A stretch of 64,000 bases of DNA from an uncultured Candidatus Micrarchaeota archaeon (GCA_963741095.1 CAVUGN010000004.1:53190-117189), one strand, 5' to 3'. Positions 8,407 through 18,708 are shown, counted from the first letter of the stretch. The notes: generated from the sequence alone by a model not told the origin. Made by a program: numbers and translations.

Positions 8407-9453
8407 ATGGCAAACAAGAACGACAAGGGCAAATACTTGAACGAGAAGCTGAGGCACATAAGCATAGAGACGAAGACGATAAAGGACCTGGTGGACTCCT
8501 ATTCATACATGGCGTTCCAGTCCAAGAACCTCGCCAACGCGGCGAACATATACGAGCGTATGCTCGAGGACAAGGACTGCTCTGTGATACTCTGCCTTGC
8601 CGGCTCGATATTCAGCGCCGGCCTTAAGAACATAGTGCACAGGATGGTGAAGGACAACATGGTCGACGCGATAGTCTCGACCGGCGCGATAATGGTCGAC
8701 CAGGACTTCTTCGAGGCCCTGGGATTCAGCCACTACCTCGGCACGCCGATGGTTGATGACGAAGAGCTCAGGTCGCTTGCGATAGACAGGATATACGACA
8801 CGTTCATAGACGAAGATCAACTGCGGGTCTGCGACGAAACGGTCGGGAAGATAGCGGATTCGCTCAAGCCCATACCTTACTCCTCAAGGGAATTCCTGGT
8901 GGAGATGGGCAGGTATCTCGACAAGGACAAGAACAACAAGGCAAAGGAACAGTCCGTGGTCTACGAGTGCTACCGAAAGGGAGTGCCGATATTCGTGCCC
9001 TCGTTCTCGGACTGCAGCGCCGGCTTCGGTCTGCTGAAGCACCAGTGGGATCACCCGCAGAGCCACGTCTCCATAGACACGGCGAAGGACTTCCTTGAAT
9101 TGACGAAGGTGAAGATTGCGTCCAAAGAAACGGGACTGTTGATGATCAGCGGCGGCGTGCCGAAGAACTTCGCACAGGATGTTGTGGTCGCGACAGACGT
9201 ACTCGGATTCGAAAAGCCGATGCACAAGTACGCCATACAGATAACCGTGGCGGACGAGCGTGATGGCGGCCTTTCAGGCTCAACTCTCAAGGAGGCCCAT
9301 TCATGGGGTAAGGTCAACCTGAGCAACACGCAGATGGTCTACTCGGAAGCGACATTGGCGCTGCCGATCATTGCCTCATACGTGCACGAAAAGGGCGCAT
9401 GGAAGAACAGGAAGGACAAGAACTACAACGCGGTTCTTGCGAAGCAGAGCTGA
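8407..9453 (+). CDS. Deoxyhypusine synthase family protein
   Basis: VDAIVSTGA, IDRIYD, GGVPKNFAQD and DGGLSGSTLKEAHSWGK motifs, with the catalytic Lys in SWGK. Confidence 0.92.
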   Translation: MANKNDKGKYLNEKLRHISIETKTIKDLVDSYSYMAFQSKNLANAANIYERMLEDKDCSVILCLAGSIFSAGLKNIVHRMVKDNMVDAIVSTGAIMVDQDFFEALGFSHYLGTPMVDDEELRSLAIDRIYDTFIDEDQLRVCDETVGKIADSLKPIPYSSREFLVEMGRYLDKDKNNKAKEQSVVYECYRKGVPIFVPSFSDCSAGFGLLKHQWDHPQSHVSIDTAKDFLELTKVKIASKETGLLMISGGVPKNFAQDVVVATDVLGFEKPMHKYAIQITVADERDGGLSGSTLKEAHSWGKVNLSNTQMVYSEATLALPIIASYVHEKGAWKNRKDKNYNAVLAKQS

Positions 9454-9529
9454 TCGGCAGACCTGATTGCGTTGCAATACGCGGTCAGCCGGAGGCCTGT
9501 TGCAGCAACCCGGTCATCACGAGAGCAGA

Positions 9530-10798
9530 TCATCTGATCTCGGCTTCGGGGAAGTCCAGGGTTGCAAAATAATCTTCCGGGGTTTCTGCGCGCCTGATCA
9601 ACTTTGCTTTTCCTGTACTCTGCATCAGAATCTCTGCACTGCGAAGCTTGCCATTATAATTGAAGCCCATCGCATGGCCATGCGCTCCGGCATTGTGTAT
9701 CGCAAGTATGTCGCCCATCTTTATCTCCGGAAGCATACGGTCGACGGCAAACTTGTCGTTGTTTTCGCACAGCGATCCGACGACGTCGTATTTGTGGTCT
9801 CGCGGCGCGCCCTCCTTCCCTAGAATCGTGATGTGGTGATAAGCGCCGTACATCGCGGGGCGCATCAGGTTGGCCATGCACGCATCGACGCCTATGTACT
9901 CCTTGTAGATGTGCTTCTCGTGGATCGCGGTCGTTACCAGGTAGCCGAAGGGCCCGGTCATCATCCTGCCGTTCTCCATGAATATCTTAAGCGGCGCGAA
10001 CCCGTTCTTCTCTATCTTTTCCGCATAAGCCGCGCGAATTCCGTCTGAAACCACCTGCAGGTCCACTGGCTTCTGCTCGGGCTTGTACGGTATCCCTATG
10101 CCCCCGCCCAGATTCACAAACTCGAATCTTATCCCCAGTTTGCGCGAGAGTTCGACCACCAGGTCGAAGAGCATGTTGGCCGTTTCTATGAACGCCTGCG
10201 GGTCCAGCTCGTTCGAGGCTATCATCGTGTGCAGGCCGAAACGCTTCACTCCCTTGGCCTTCATTGCCGCATAGGCTTCGAAGAGCTGCGGCCTCGTAAG
10301 CCCGTACTTCGCCTGCTCCGGATTTCCGATCACGTTGCCCGCCGCGGTTTTTCTCAAAGGGCCGGGGTTGTACCTGAAGCATATTATGCCCGGTATGCCG
10401 GCGTGCTCTTCCAAGAAAGGGATGTGCGTTATATCGTCAAGGTTGATTATCGCGCCAAGCTCCATGGCCTTCTTGTACTCCCCCGCGGGGGTGTCGTTCG
10501 ACGTGAACATTATGCTCTCTCCCTTTATTCCGACCTTCTCGGCAAGCAGCAGCTCTGGCAGAGAGCTGCAATCTGCGCCGCATCCCTCCTTTTTCAAGAT
10601 CTCGACCAAATAGGGATTCGGGCAGGCCTTTACCGCGAAATAGTTCTTGAACCCCTGTGCCCATGCGAAGGTCTTGTACAATTTCCTTGCATTATCCCTG
10701 ATGCTTTTCTCATCGTAGATGTGGAAGGGAGTGGGATTCGTCTCCATTATCTTCCGGATCTGCGCCTCGCTGAAAAACAGGTCCTTGTCGTTGTTCAT
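9530..10798 (-). CDS. lysA: Diaminopimelate decarboxylase
   Basis: TPFHIYDE, YFAVKAC (PLP Lys), NLGGGIG, ENGR, GSLCENND, HGHAMGFNYN. ATG 10798 after GGTGG chosen (track start 10825). Confidence 0.93.
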   Translation of the reverse strand: MNNDKDLFFSEAQIRKIMETNPTPFHIYDEKSIRDNARKLYKTFAWAQGFKNYFAVKACPNPYLVEILKKEGCGADCSSLPELLLAEKVGIKGESIMFTSNDTPAGEYKKAMELGAIINLDDITHIPFLEEHAGIPGIICFRYNPGPLRKTAAGNVIGNPEQAKYGLTRPQLFEAYAAMKAKGVKRFGLHTMIASNELDPQAFIETANMLFDLVVELSRKLGIRFEFVNLGGGIGIPYKPEQKPVDLQVVSDGIRAAYAEKIEKNGFAPLKIFMENGRMMTGPFGYLVTTAIHEKHIYKEYIGVDACMANLMRPAMYGAYHHITILGKEGAPRDHKYDVVGSLCENNDKFAVDRMLPEIKMGDILAIHNAGAHGHAMGFNYNGKLRSAEILMQSTGKAKLIRRAETPEDYFATLDFPEAEIR

Positions 10799-10821
10799 CG
10801 GATCCACCAAACACAGCGTGT

Positions 10822-12045
10822 TCATACCTTAAGATTTCTCTTTATGCTGCCCACCGCCTTGACAACATTCTCGCGATGCCCGAAAGCGCTCACCCTGAAG
10901 TATCCTTCACCCGAAGGGCCGAAGCCTGCGCCCGGGGTTATGACGACATGCGCCTCGGAGAGCATCTTGTCGAAAAACTGCCACGAACCCATGCCGTTTG
11001 GCGTCTTGGCCCAGATGTAAGGCGCGTTTGTGCCACCAAAAATCCTGAACCCCCTGTCGCGCAGCCCTTCGCCGATTATGCGCGCGTTTTCCATGTAGTA
11101 GTCTATGGTCTGCTGGTTCTCTTTCAGGCCCTGTTCGGAAATGGCGGCCAGCCCGCCCTCCTGCGCTATGTTTGAGGCGCCGTTGAACATCGTGGTCTGC
11201 CTCCGGTTCCAGAGGGCGTTAACCTTCCCCGCAGCCGCATCCTCAGTCACAAGCGCCTTGGGCACCACGCTCCAACCCAGACGCACGCCCGTGAACCCCG
11301 AACTCTTCGAAAAACTGTTTATCTCTATTGCGCATTCCTTTGCGCCGTCGACTTCGTATATGCTTCTCGGCAGTTCCGGGTCCGAGATGAAGGAGTGGTA
11401 TGCGGCATCGAATATGATCACGGCCTTATTTTTGCGGGCGTAATCCACAAACACTTTCAACTGCGCTTTTGTTGCGACCGCGCCAGTGGGGTTGTTCGGA
11501 CTGCAGAGGTAGATCATATCGACCTTCTGCTTCGGGACTTCCGGGAAGAACCCGTTCTCTTCCGTGCAGGGCATGTACACCAGCCCCTCATAGGTTGTGC
11601 CGTTGGCCCTTCCAGTCCTTCCGGCAATAACGTTGCTGTCGACGTACACCGGGTATGCCGGATCCTGCACGGCGACGACGTCGCTCATGCCGAAAATCGA
11701 CTGTATGTTCGCGGAATCTGGTTTTGCCCCGTCGCTCACGAACACCTCATCGACCTCAAGTTTTACGCCGCGCCGCGCGTAGAATCCTGCGAGCGCCTTC
11801 CTCAGTGCAGCGTTTCCCTGTTCATCCCCGTAGCCGGTGTAAGTCTTGACATCCTTTAATTTTTCGACTCCTGAGCGAAGCCCATCTATCACGCAGGGAA
11901 GCAGGGGTTCTGTCGTGTTCCCGATGCCGAGGCGGAGAATCTCCACGCCGGGATGCACCGCGATGAACTCGTTTGTCCTTTTTGCCACTTCCGGGAACAG
12001 ATATCCCGCGCCCAGCTTATCATAATTCTGGTTTATTGTAGCCAT
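10822..12045 (-). CDS. dapL: LL-diaminopimelate aminotransferase
   Basis: GYLFPE, LGIGNTTEP, VSDGAK, CSPNNPTG, SFSKSSGFTGVRLGW, TPGAGFGPSGEGY. Confidence 0.95.
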   Translation of the reverse strand: MATINQNYDKLGAGYLFPEVAKRTNEFIAVHPGVEILRLGIGNTTEPLLPCVIDGLRSGVEKLKDVKTYTGYGDEQGNAALRKALAGFYARRGVKLEVDEVFVSDGAKPDSANIQSIFGMSDVVAVQDPAYPVYVDSNVIAGRTGRANGTTYEGLVYMPCTEENGFFPEVPKQKVDMIYLCSPNNPTGAVATKAQLKVFVDYARKNKAVIIFDAAYHSFISDPELPRSIYEVDGAKECAIEINSFSKSSGFTGVRLGWSVVPKALVTEDAAAGKVNALWNRRQTTMFNGASNIAQEGGLAAISEQGLKENQQTIDYYMENARIIGEGLRDRGFRIFGGTNAPYIWAKTPNGMGSWQFFDKMLSEAHVVITPGAGFGPSGEGYFRVSAFGHRENVVKAVGSIKRNLKV

Positions 12046-12168
12046 CGACCCACCGAATTACGCTTGGCAATCAAAAATATATAAGGCTTGCCCAAAGCGT
12101 GCTGCGTCGGATGATCATGCCTGCCCAAGACTTTTAAAATTAGCATAAAGCTCCGGAAAGACCTGTCA

Positions 12169-13803
12169 TCAGCCTTTCTTCGAAAGGCATGCTGCCACGA
12201 ACCCGATGAAGACGGGACTCGGCCTCTCAAGCCTTGAGTTGAACTCAGGATGGAACTGGGTGCCCAGATAGAATCTCTTGCCCTTCAGCTCGGCAATCTC
12301 CATTATCTTACCGCTCGCCGAGGCGCCTGAAAATATCAAACCGTTCTTCTCAAGCTCGTTAACGTAATTGAGGTTTATCTCGTACCTGTGCCTGAATCTC
12401 TCCATCGCCATGTCCTTGCCATAAAGCTTGCGGGCGAACGTGCCATCCTTTATCGCTATCTCGCGCAGTCCCAGCCTGTTGGTCGCGCCCATCATCTCGG
12501 TGAACTTCTGCTCTGGCATCAGGTCCACAACGGGGTGCGTCGTCTTCGGATCCGCCTCGGTCGAATTCGCATCATTCATCCCGCAGACGTTCCTCGCGAA
12601 CTCCACGACCATGTACTGCATCCCGAAGCACAATCCCAGGTAAGGCAGGTCGTTCTCCCTCGCGTACCTTGCGCATTCCACCTTGCCTTCGGTGCCCCGC
12701 GGCCCGTAGCCGCCCGGCACGATAATGCCGTCGCAGCCCTTCAGCGCCTCTGCCGCGCTCTTGCTGTCCACTATGTCCGTTGTCTCGACCCATCTCAGGT
12801 CGACCTCGCAGTCCGCGCTCGCGCCCGCATGCACCAGCGCCTCCTTTATGCTGACATAAGCGTCCTTCAATGCGGTGTACTTGCCCGTTATCGCAACCGT
12901 AACCTTCTTCTTCGGATTCTCTATCCTTGCAACAAGCTCGTTCCAGTTCTTGAGGTTGCTCTCTTCCCCCTTCAGGCCCAACTTGTCGAGTATCAATCTG
13001 CTCAGGTTCTGGCTCTCGAACAATTGGGGCACGCCGTATATCGTCTTGGAATCGTAATCGTCTATGACCGCTTCTGGCTGCACGTTGCAGAACATCGCTA
13101 TCTTCCTTCTGGCGTCTGCGGACAGCCTCGCCCCGCTCCTGCACAGTATTATGTCCGGCTGCACGCCCATGCCCTGAAGCGCCCTTGTCGCATGCTGCGT
13201 GGGCTTTGTCTTCTGCTCGCCCACCGCATCCATAACTGGAACGTACGTTACCTGCACTATCGCGACATTCCCTCTTTCCTCCAACGTGAGCTGCCTCATG
13301 GCCTCTATGAAGTATGCGTTCTCCAAATCTCCGACAGTGCCTCCGACCTCTATGAGCACCACATCGGCCTTGTAGTTGCTGCCAACCCTCTTTATCCACT
13401 TCTTGATCTCGTTGGTCAGGTGCGGTACTATCTGGACGTCATCGCCGAGATAGACCCCCTTTCTCTCATTGTCGATCACGTACTTGAGTATCTTGCCCCC
13501 GGTTATGTTGTTGTCGCCGCTGAGGTCGATGTTGAGGAATCTTTCATAGGTGCCGAGGTCCATGTCGCACTCGCAGCCGTCGTCGAGCACGAAGACCTCC
13601 CCATGCTTGTAGGGGTTGATCGTTCCGCAATCGGTGTTGAGGTAGCCGTCGAATTTTATCGGCACCACGCTGAAGCCCCTCGCCTGCAGCTGCCTTCCTA
13701 TCGAAGCGGTTGCTATGCCCTTGCCAAGGCCGCTCATCAGAGAGCCAAGGATTACAACATACTTCCTCTTCGCAGCTCCAGAAACTCCAACGTCACCCTG
13801 CAC
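12169..13803 (-). CDS. pyrG: CTP synthase
   Basis: SGLGKG, HGEVFV, KTKPTQH, GLCFGMQ, RHRYE, TQFHPEF. GTG start at 13803 after GAGGGGGT. Confidence 0.96.
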   Translation of the reverse strand: MQGDVGVSGAAKRKYVVILGSLMSGLGKGIATASIGRQLQARGFSVVPIKFDGYLNTDCGTINPYKHGEVFVLDDGCECDMDLGTYERFLNIDLSGDNNITGGKILKYVIDNERKGVYLGDDVQIVPHLTNEIKKWIKRVGSNYKADVVLIEVGGTVGDLENAYFIEAMRQLTLEERGNVAIVQVTYVPVMDAVGEQKTKPTQHATRALQGMGVQPDIILCRSGARLSADARRKIAMFCNVQPEAVIDDYDSKTIYGVPQLFESQNLSRLILDKLGLKGEESNLKNWNELVARIENPKKKVTVAITGKYTALKDAYVSIKEALVHAGASADCEVDLRWVETTDIVDSKSAAEALKGCDGIIVPGGYGPRGTEGKVECARYARENDLPYLGLCFGMQYMVVEFARNVCGMNDANSTEADPKTTHPVVDLMPEQKFTEMMGATNRLGLREIAIKDGTFARKLYGKDMAMERFRHRYEINLNYVNELEKNGLIFSGASASGKIMEIAELKGKRFYLGTQFHPEFNSRLERPSPVFIGFVAACLSKKG

Positions 13804-14021
13804 GATACCCCCTCTCTTAGCATTTACCCACAAGCCTTTTTAAGGATTTATGAAAAAAATCGCACCTGTAGCAACCAATAGATATCTTGGCATGGACAAA
13901 AGAATAGATACTTTGGCTTCGTATAGCCCGTAAAAGAAGAATGAGGGTAAAAATGCGCCCGTGTCACTCGGATTCGGGGGAAATTCGGCATAGTCGGCAG
14001 TTCCAGAATCAGTGATTTATT

Positions 14022-14894
14022 TTGTCAGACCAAAAACACCTCATAAAGGGCATCGTCTTCAGGCTGGTCAAGAAGCACATCGCCGGCTCGACGACCCAGT
14101 CGGTTCTCGAGGCGGTCAGGAGGCTCAACACGTTGGGCATGCATGCAACTGTTACATTGCTGAACGACCACATAGAGCAGCCGCAGCAGGCACGCTACAA
14201 CGCGAACGCCTACGTGCAGCTGATAAAGCAGACCTCAAGGCTGAACCTCAATTCAGACGTATCGCTTAGGCTGACCCAATTGGGCTACGGCCTGGACAGC
14301 TCGCTCATGGGCAAGAATCTCAACGAGGTCATCGACGCGGCCGTGGAAAACAAGCAGAAGGTCTGGCTGGAGAGCGAGAGCAGCATAGACACGGCAGACA
14401 TGCTATCTCTCTACCACGAGTTCAAAGACGGCCACAACTGCTTGGGCATGGAGGTGATACCGAGCAACGAGGAGAAGAGCAGCGTGCTCGGATCGATAAG
14501 GTCGAAAGACTTGATCAAGGTCAAGTGCCACCTGCACGGCAAGGAATCCGGCAACAGGAAGGAGAGCTTCGACGCGCTGAAGCTGTACAGGAGCTACATA
14601 GACGGGCTCAGGGCCGCAAAGGCGAACGTGACAATCCTCGACCACAACGCCGGCCTGATAGGCAAGATAGCCGCGCTGAGCAAGGACTACAAGGACGAGG
14701 TGACCTTCGAGGCGCCGATGGGCTACGGGGGCAAAAAACTAAAAAACCTATCAGAGAAGAAGTTCAATATGAGCGTTTACGTGCCCTACGGAAAGGACTG
14801 GGTTCCATACATGATAAACCGCCTTGCCGAGGGTAGGATAAGAAACATCGCCATAGCGCTGCTGAACGGCGAGAATGGTCATGAGCATGGCTGA
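14022..14894 (+). CDS. Proline dehydrogenase-like TIM-barrel protein (divergent)
   Basis: HIAG, SLRLTQLG and YVPYGKDWVPYMINRLAE match monofunctional ProDH; several active-site motifs altered. Confidence 0.65.
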   Translation: MSDQKHLIKGIVFRLVKKHIAGSTTQSVLEAVRRLNTLGMHATVTLLNDHIEQPQQARYNANAYVQLIKQTSRLNLNSDVSLRLTQLGYGLDSSLMGKNLNEVIDAAVENKQKVWLESESSIDTADMLSLYHEFKDGHNCLGMEVIPSNEEKSSVLGSIRSKDLIKVKCHLHGKESGNRKESFDALKLYRSYIDGLRAAKANVTILDHNAGLIGKIAALSKDYKDEVTFEAPMGYGGKKLKNLSEKKFNMSVYVPYGKDWVPYMINRLAEGRIRNIAIALLNGENGHEHG

Positions 14895-15906
14895 TACTGA
14901 CAAGCAGAAGACTCCGACGATCGATGTCGTCACCGGGGCGACCTCGAGCCTCGGCATCCGCCTTGTGAGGGAGCTTTTGAAGAGGGGCGACGAGGTGCGG
15001 GTCATAGTGAAGGAAAAACCGACCGTGGCCGAGGACTGGAGGACCCTGCCCGCGGGATGCATACCCTACATCGCTGACATAACCCTGAAGGAGGAGGGCG
15101 ACAAGGACGTGATAGCGAGCGCCTGCGTGGGGGCTAACAACATCTTCCACCTTGCGGCCGCGACCTACAACTACAAATACAGGTACCAGGAGATGATAGA
15201 CACCAACGTGATAGGCACGGAGAACGTGATACGGGCGTACCTCGAAGCGAACGCGAACAAGAGCACGGTCGTGCAATTGATATACACGAGCAGCGTCACG
15301 GTCTACGGCTACCACCGCCTCGGCGAAGAGCTGACGGAAGACTCGGAGACGAGGCCCACGGAGGGCTATTCGGAGACTAAGCTGATGGGCGAGAAGGTGA
15401 TACAGTCCTTCGCGACCGCAGATCCGCGGATAAGGTACACCATATTCAGGCTCGGAACGATGTACGGCGAGGGCTACGAGTCGGAGTTCTACAAGATATT
15501 CAAGATGCTCAAGAGCAAGGACGCAAAGTACATAGGGAACGCGCGCAACCACCTGACTCTTGTCAACGTCAGCGATGCGGCGAAGGCGCTGGTGCTCGCG
15601 TCAGGCAATGACAAAAGCATAAACAAGGTCTACAACATCACCGACGGGGTGCCCTACACGCAGAAGGACCTCTTCGACCAGGCGGCGCAGTTCCTGGGGG
15701 TAAAGCCCCCATCAAGCGGTCTTCACCCGCTGATAGCGAAGATAGGCGCGAGGATGTCCGGGCTGAACTACGACGAGTTCGAGTTCCTGGTGAGCGACAG
15801 GGTAATAAAGATAGACAAAGCAAAGAAAGAGCTGGGGTACAAGCCATTGTGCAGCATGGACGTCGAGGGCAAGCAGATGGCAAAGAACTTCATGAAAAAA
15901 GGTTGA
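14887..15906 (+). CDS. NAD-dependent epimerase/dehydratase (extended SDR)
   Basis: VTGATSSLG, IFHLAA, TSSVTVYG, YSETK (YxxxK). Confidence 0.9.
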   Translation: MADTDKQKTPTIDVVTGATSSLGIRLVRELLKRGDEVRVIVKEKPTVAEDWRTLPAGCIPYIADITLKEEGDKDVIASACVGANNIFHLAAATYNYKYRYQEMIDTNVIGTENVIRAYLEANANKSTVVQLIYTSSVTVYGYHRLGEELTEDSETRPTEGYSETKLMGEKVIQSFATADPRIRYTIFRLGTMYGEGYESEFYKIFKMLKSKDAKYIGNARNHLTLVNVSDAAKALVLASGNDKSINKVYNITDGVPYTQKDLFDQAAQFLGVKPPSSGLHPLIAKIGARMSGLNYDEFEFLVSDRVIKIDKAKKELGYKPLCSMDVEGKQMAKNFMKKG

Positions 15907-15910
15907 TAAA

Positions 15911-16696
15911 ATGAAAGAGGGGAAGGTAGAACTATACATCAAAGAGATGCTGCAGACGAAGGGCGCGATGCTCTTCACGCTGATAGACCCCGTTGACTAT
16001 GATTCGGTTGACGATGCAGTCAAGACCGCGAAGAGGTGCGCGGACGCCTGCGCTGACATGATAGTGATAGGCGGCAGCACAGAAGTCCAGGGCGAGATAC
16101 TTGACGACACGGCGAAGCGGATAAAAGAGGAGGTGGACGTGCCGATCGTGCTCTTCCCGGGCAACATCTCCACCGTCACAAAGTACGCGGACGCGATATA
16201 CTTCATGTCGATGCTCAACGCGAGGAACCCATACTGGATAACGCAGGCGCAGATGCTGTCGGCTCCGGCGATAAAGAAGTTCAACCTGGAACCATTGCCG
16301 CTGGGCTACATAATCATCTCTCCGGGCGGCACTGCCGGCTGGGTCGGAGACGCCAACTTCGTGCCGAGGGAGAAGCCGAAGATAGCCGCTTCGTTGGCTC
16401 TTGCGGGCGAGTACCTGGGCAACAGGTTCATCATAACCGATACCGGGTCGAATCCAAGGCTGCAGAATTCCGGACCCGTGCCAAAGGAGATGATAAGGGC
16501 AGTCAGGGCAACAATATCCGTTCCCTACATAGTGGCAGGCGGCATAATGTCGGAGAAGGAGCTCAGCGATGCTTATTCTGCAGGTGCGGACATAGTCCAG
16601 ATCGGCACGGCACTGGAAAGCTCCAGCGCATCGTACCGCAAGATAGAATCCTTCTGCAGGGTAGTGAAGGAGGAGGGCAGGAAGAAGCTCAGGTAA
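15911..16696 (+). CDS. Geranylgeranylglyceryl phosphate synthase family protein
   Basis: TLIDP, IGGST, PIVLFPG, ADAIYFMSMLN.RNPYWI, AGGI and GADIVQIG motifs. Confidence 0.88.
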   Translation: MKEGKVELYIKEMLQTKGAMLFTLIDPVDYDSVDDAVKTAKRCADACADMIVIGGSTEVQGEILDDTAKRIKEEVDVPIVLFPGNISTVTKYADAIYFMSMLNARNPYWITQAQMLSAPAIKKFNLEPLPLGYIIISPGGTAGWVGDANFVPREKPKIAASLALAGEYLGNRFIITDTGSNPRLQNSGPVPKEMIRAVRATISVPYIVAGGIMSEKELSDAYSAGADIVQIGTALESSSASYRKIESFCRVVKEEGRKKLR

Positions 16697-16700
16697 TCCT

Positions 16701-17807
16701 TTGCGACAGCTCTACACCATCGAGCTCATCTCGCTTGTGAAGGAGTTGCAGGCGCTGGTGGGCTTCCATGTCGACAAGTTCTACGAGAGCGAAGAGAGCA
16801 CCTTCAGGCTGAGCCTTAGCAAAAAGGGAGAGAAGGCTGACGTTCGATGCGCGTTGCCGTACGCGATAGGGAAGACCGAGTACATAGAGCAGGCGGAGGA
16901 GCCGACGAATTTCGCGGTCGCGGTAAGGAAGAAGATCTCCGGGTTCGTGATAGATGCGATAGAGCAGTACAACAACGACCGCATAATACTCATAAGGATG
17001 AAGAAGGGCGAGGAAAGCGTCAGCATGATACTGGAGATGTTCGGGCAGGGAAATCTCATAATAGCGGACAACGAAATGAAGGCACTGCTGGTCTACAAGC
17101 CGCACACATTCAAGGACAGGACCGTGCAGACAAACTCGAAGTACACGCCTCCGAGCAGCAACAACATCGACCTTCTTGACGCGAAAGCCGTGGAAGAGCG
17201 GATAAAAAATGTCGGAGAGGACAAGAGCGAATCAATCATGGAATCCGTTTCGAAAAATGTCGGAATGGGCAAGCTGTACCTAGAAGATGCCATGGTGAAA
17301 GCGGGCATTGACCCCAAATCAAAATCCGGAACCATCAAAGAAAGATTGACCGATCTCTCGAAGTGCATAAACCAGGAGATAAAAGACTGCACGGGCGGCA
17401 AAACAATAAACGTCTACAAAAAGGACGGGGAGATGGCCGATTTTTCCCTGGGAGACATCCGCAAGTATTCCAAATTCGAGTGCGTGAAATGCGGCTCGTT
17501 GCAGGAAGCGTTGGATCTTGCATACCAAAACAGGGCGCAGCATGCGACCACAAAGAACGAGGAAGTGGAAGGCCTCAAAATAAGCATAAGCAGACAGAAG
17601 GCGACGTTGGCGGAAATAGACCAGCAGATTGCGGACAACAAAAATATCGGGGACATGATACTGAACAACATGCTGCAGATAAACGATCTCATAAAGAAAT
17701 CGAACGAGAACAGGCACATCACGAAAGAGGAATTGCAGAGGCTCTCAAAAGGCATAAAGATATTGGATATAAATCTAAAAGACAAGACTGTAACCATTGA
17801 GCTGTAG
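16701..17807 (+). CDS. NFACT/Rqc2 (RqcH-like) N-terminal domain protein, short form
   Basis: F...VRKKISG, IEQYNNDRI and ILEMFGQGNLII NFACT-N motifs, HhH region GMGKLYLE; 368 aa. Confidence 0.8.
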   Translation: MRQLYTIELISLVKELQALVGFHVDKFYESEESTFRLSLSKKGEKADVRCALPYAIGKTEYIEQAEEPTNFAVAVRKKISGFVIDAIEQYNNDRIILIRMKKGEESVSMILEMFGQGNLIIADNEMKALLVYKPHTFKDRTVQTNSKYTPPSSNNIDLLDAKAVEERIKNVGEDKSESIMESVSKNVGMGKLYLEDAMVKAGIDPKSKSGTIKERLTDLSKCINQEIKDCTGGKTINVYKKDGEMADFSLGDIRKYSKFECVKCGSLQEALDLAYQNRAQHATTKNEEVEGLKISISRQKATLAEIDQQIADNKNIGDMILNNMLQINDLIKKSNENRHITKEELQRLSKGIKILDINLKDKTVTIEL

Positions 17808-17814
17808 TGTTCGC

Positions 17815-18705
17815 ATGATAAAGGTAACGTTCCTGGGAACTTCGGGCTCCGCTCCCACAATTGAGAGGAACCTCCCTAGCGTGGCCTTGGAATACAACGG
17901 CGACGTCTTCCTGTTCGACTGCGGCGAGGGCACCCAGCGTCAGGTTCTCAAATACTCGGTGAACCTTTCGAAGACAAAGGCGATATTCCTCAGCCACATG
18001 CACGGCGACCACTCAATAGGCGTTGCTGGCGTGGTCAGGACACTGGCACTGAACAGGAGGTCCGCGCCTCTGCAGATATTCGTGCCGAAAGGAGAAGAAA
18101 AAGCGATAAAGCCGCTGCTTGAATTCGACAAGGCGGTGATGAGCTACGACATACTGATCAAGCCGATAACGGCCGGGACCATCTACGATGGCCACGGCTT
18201 CAAGATAACCGCGTTCAAGCTCTCGCACTCTGTGCGCGCGTACGGCTTCGTTTTCAAGGAAGACGACAAACTGCATTTCATAAAGGACAAGGCGAAAGAG
18301 GCGGGGCTGAAAGGGCCAATGTTCTCAAAACTAGTGAAGAGCGGAAGGATCACGATAGACGGGAAGAAGATAAGGCTCAAGGACATGACAACAAAAGAGC
18401 CTGGCAAGACCGTTGTCTATTCGACCGATACAAGGCCGTCGAAGGAGATAATCACCGCATCAAAAGGAGCGGACCTGTTGATATACGAATCGACCTACGC
18501 GAACTCGGAGGGCAAGCTGGCGATTGAGCGCAAGCATTCTACTGCCGAGGAGGGTGCTGAATTGGCAAAGAAGGCGAAGGTAAAGAAACTGGTGTTAACG
18601 CATATAAGCACAAGGTACAAAAATGCTTCAATACTATTAAATGAAGCAAGGAAAAAGTTCACAAACGTTGAGCTTGCAAAGGATGGACTTGCTTTAACGA
18701 TATAA
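17815..18705 (+). CDS. rnz: Ribonuclease Z
   Basis: FLGTSGSAPTIERN, FDCGEGTQRQ, HMHGDH, DTRP, HST and LTHISTRY motifs. Confidence 0.95.
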   Translation: MIKVTFLGTSGSAPTIERNLPSVALEYNGDVFLFDCGEGTQRQVLKYSVNLSKTKAIFLSHMHGDHSIGVAGVVRTLALNRRSAPLQIFVPKGEEKAIKPLLEFDKAVMSYDILIKPITAGTIYDGHGFKITAFKLSHSVRAYGFVFKEDDKLHFIKDKAKEAGLKGPMFSKLVKSGRITIDGKKIRLKDMTTKEPGKTVVYSTDTRPSKEIITASKGADLLIYESTYANSEGKLAIERKHSTAEEGAELAKKAKVKKLVLTHISTRYKNASILLNEARKKFTNVELAKDGLALTI

Positions 18706-18708
18706 AAT

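Noticed and set aside
12089-12099. 11-bp match TGCCCAAAGCG near the dapL promoter and its reverse complement at 61559-61569
   Set aside because: An 11-mer match is expected by chance in 64 kb, and its distance to the TATA box differs at the two sites.
12388-13881. Long antisense ORFs (497 aa here; also 41781-43010, 56818-57888, 57977-59014)
   Set aside because: They shadow longer or better-supported genes on the opposite strand, as expected from codon bias, and show no motifs.
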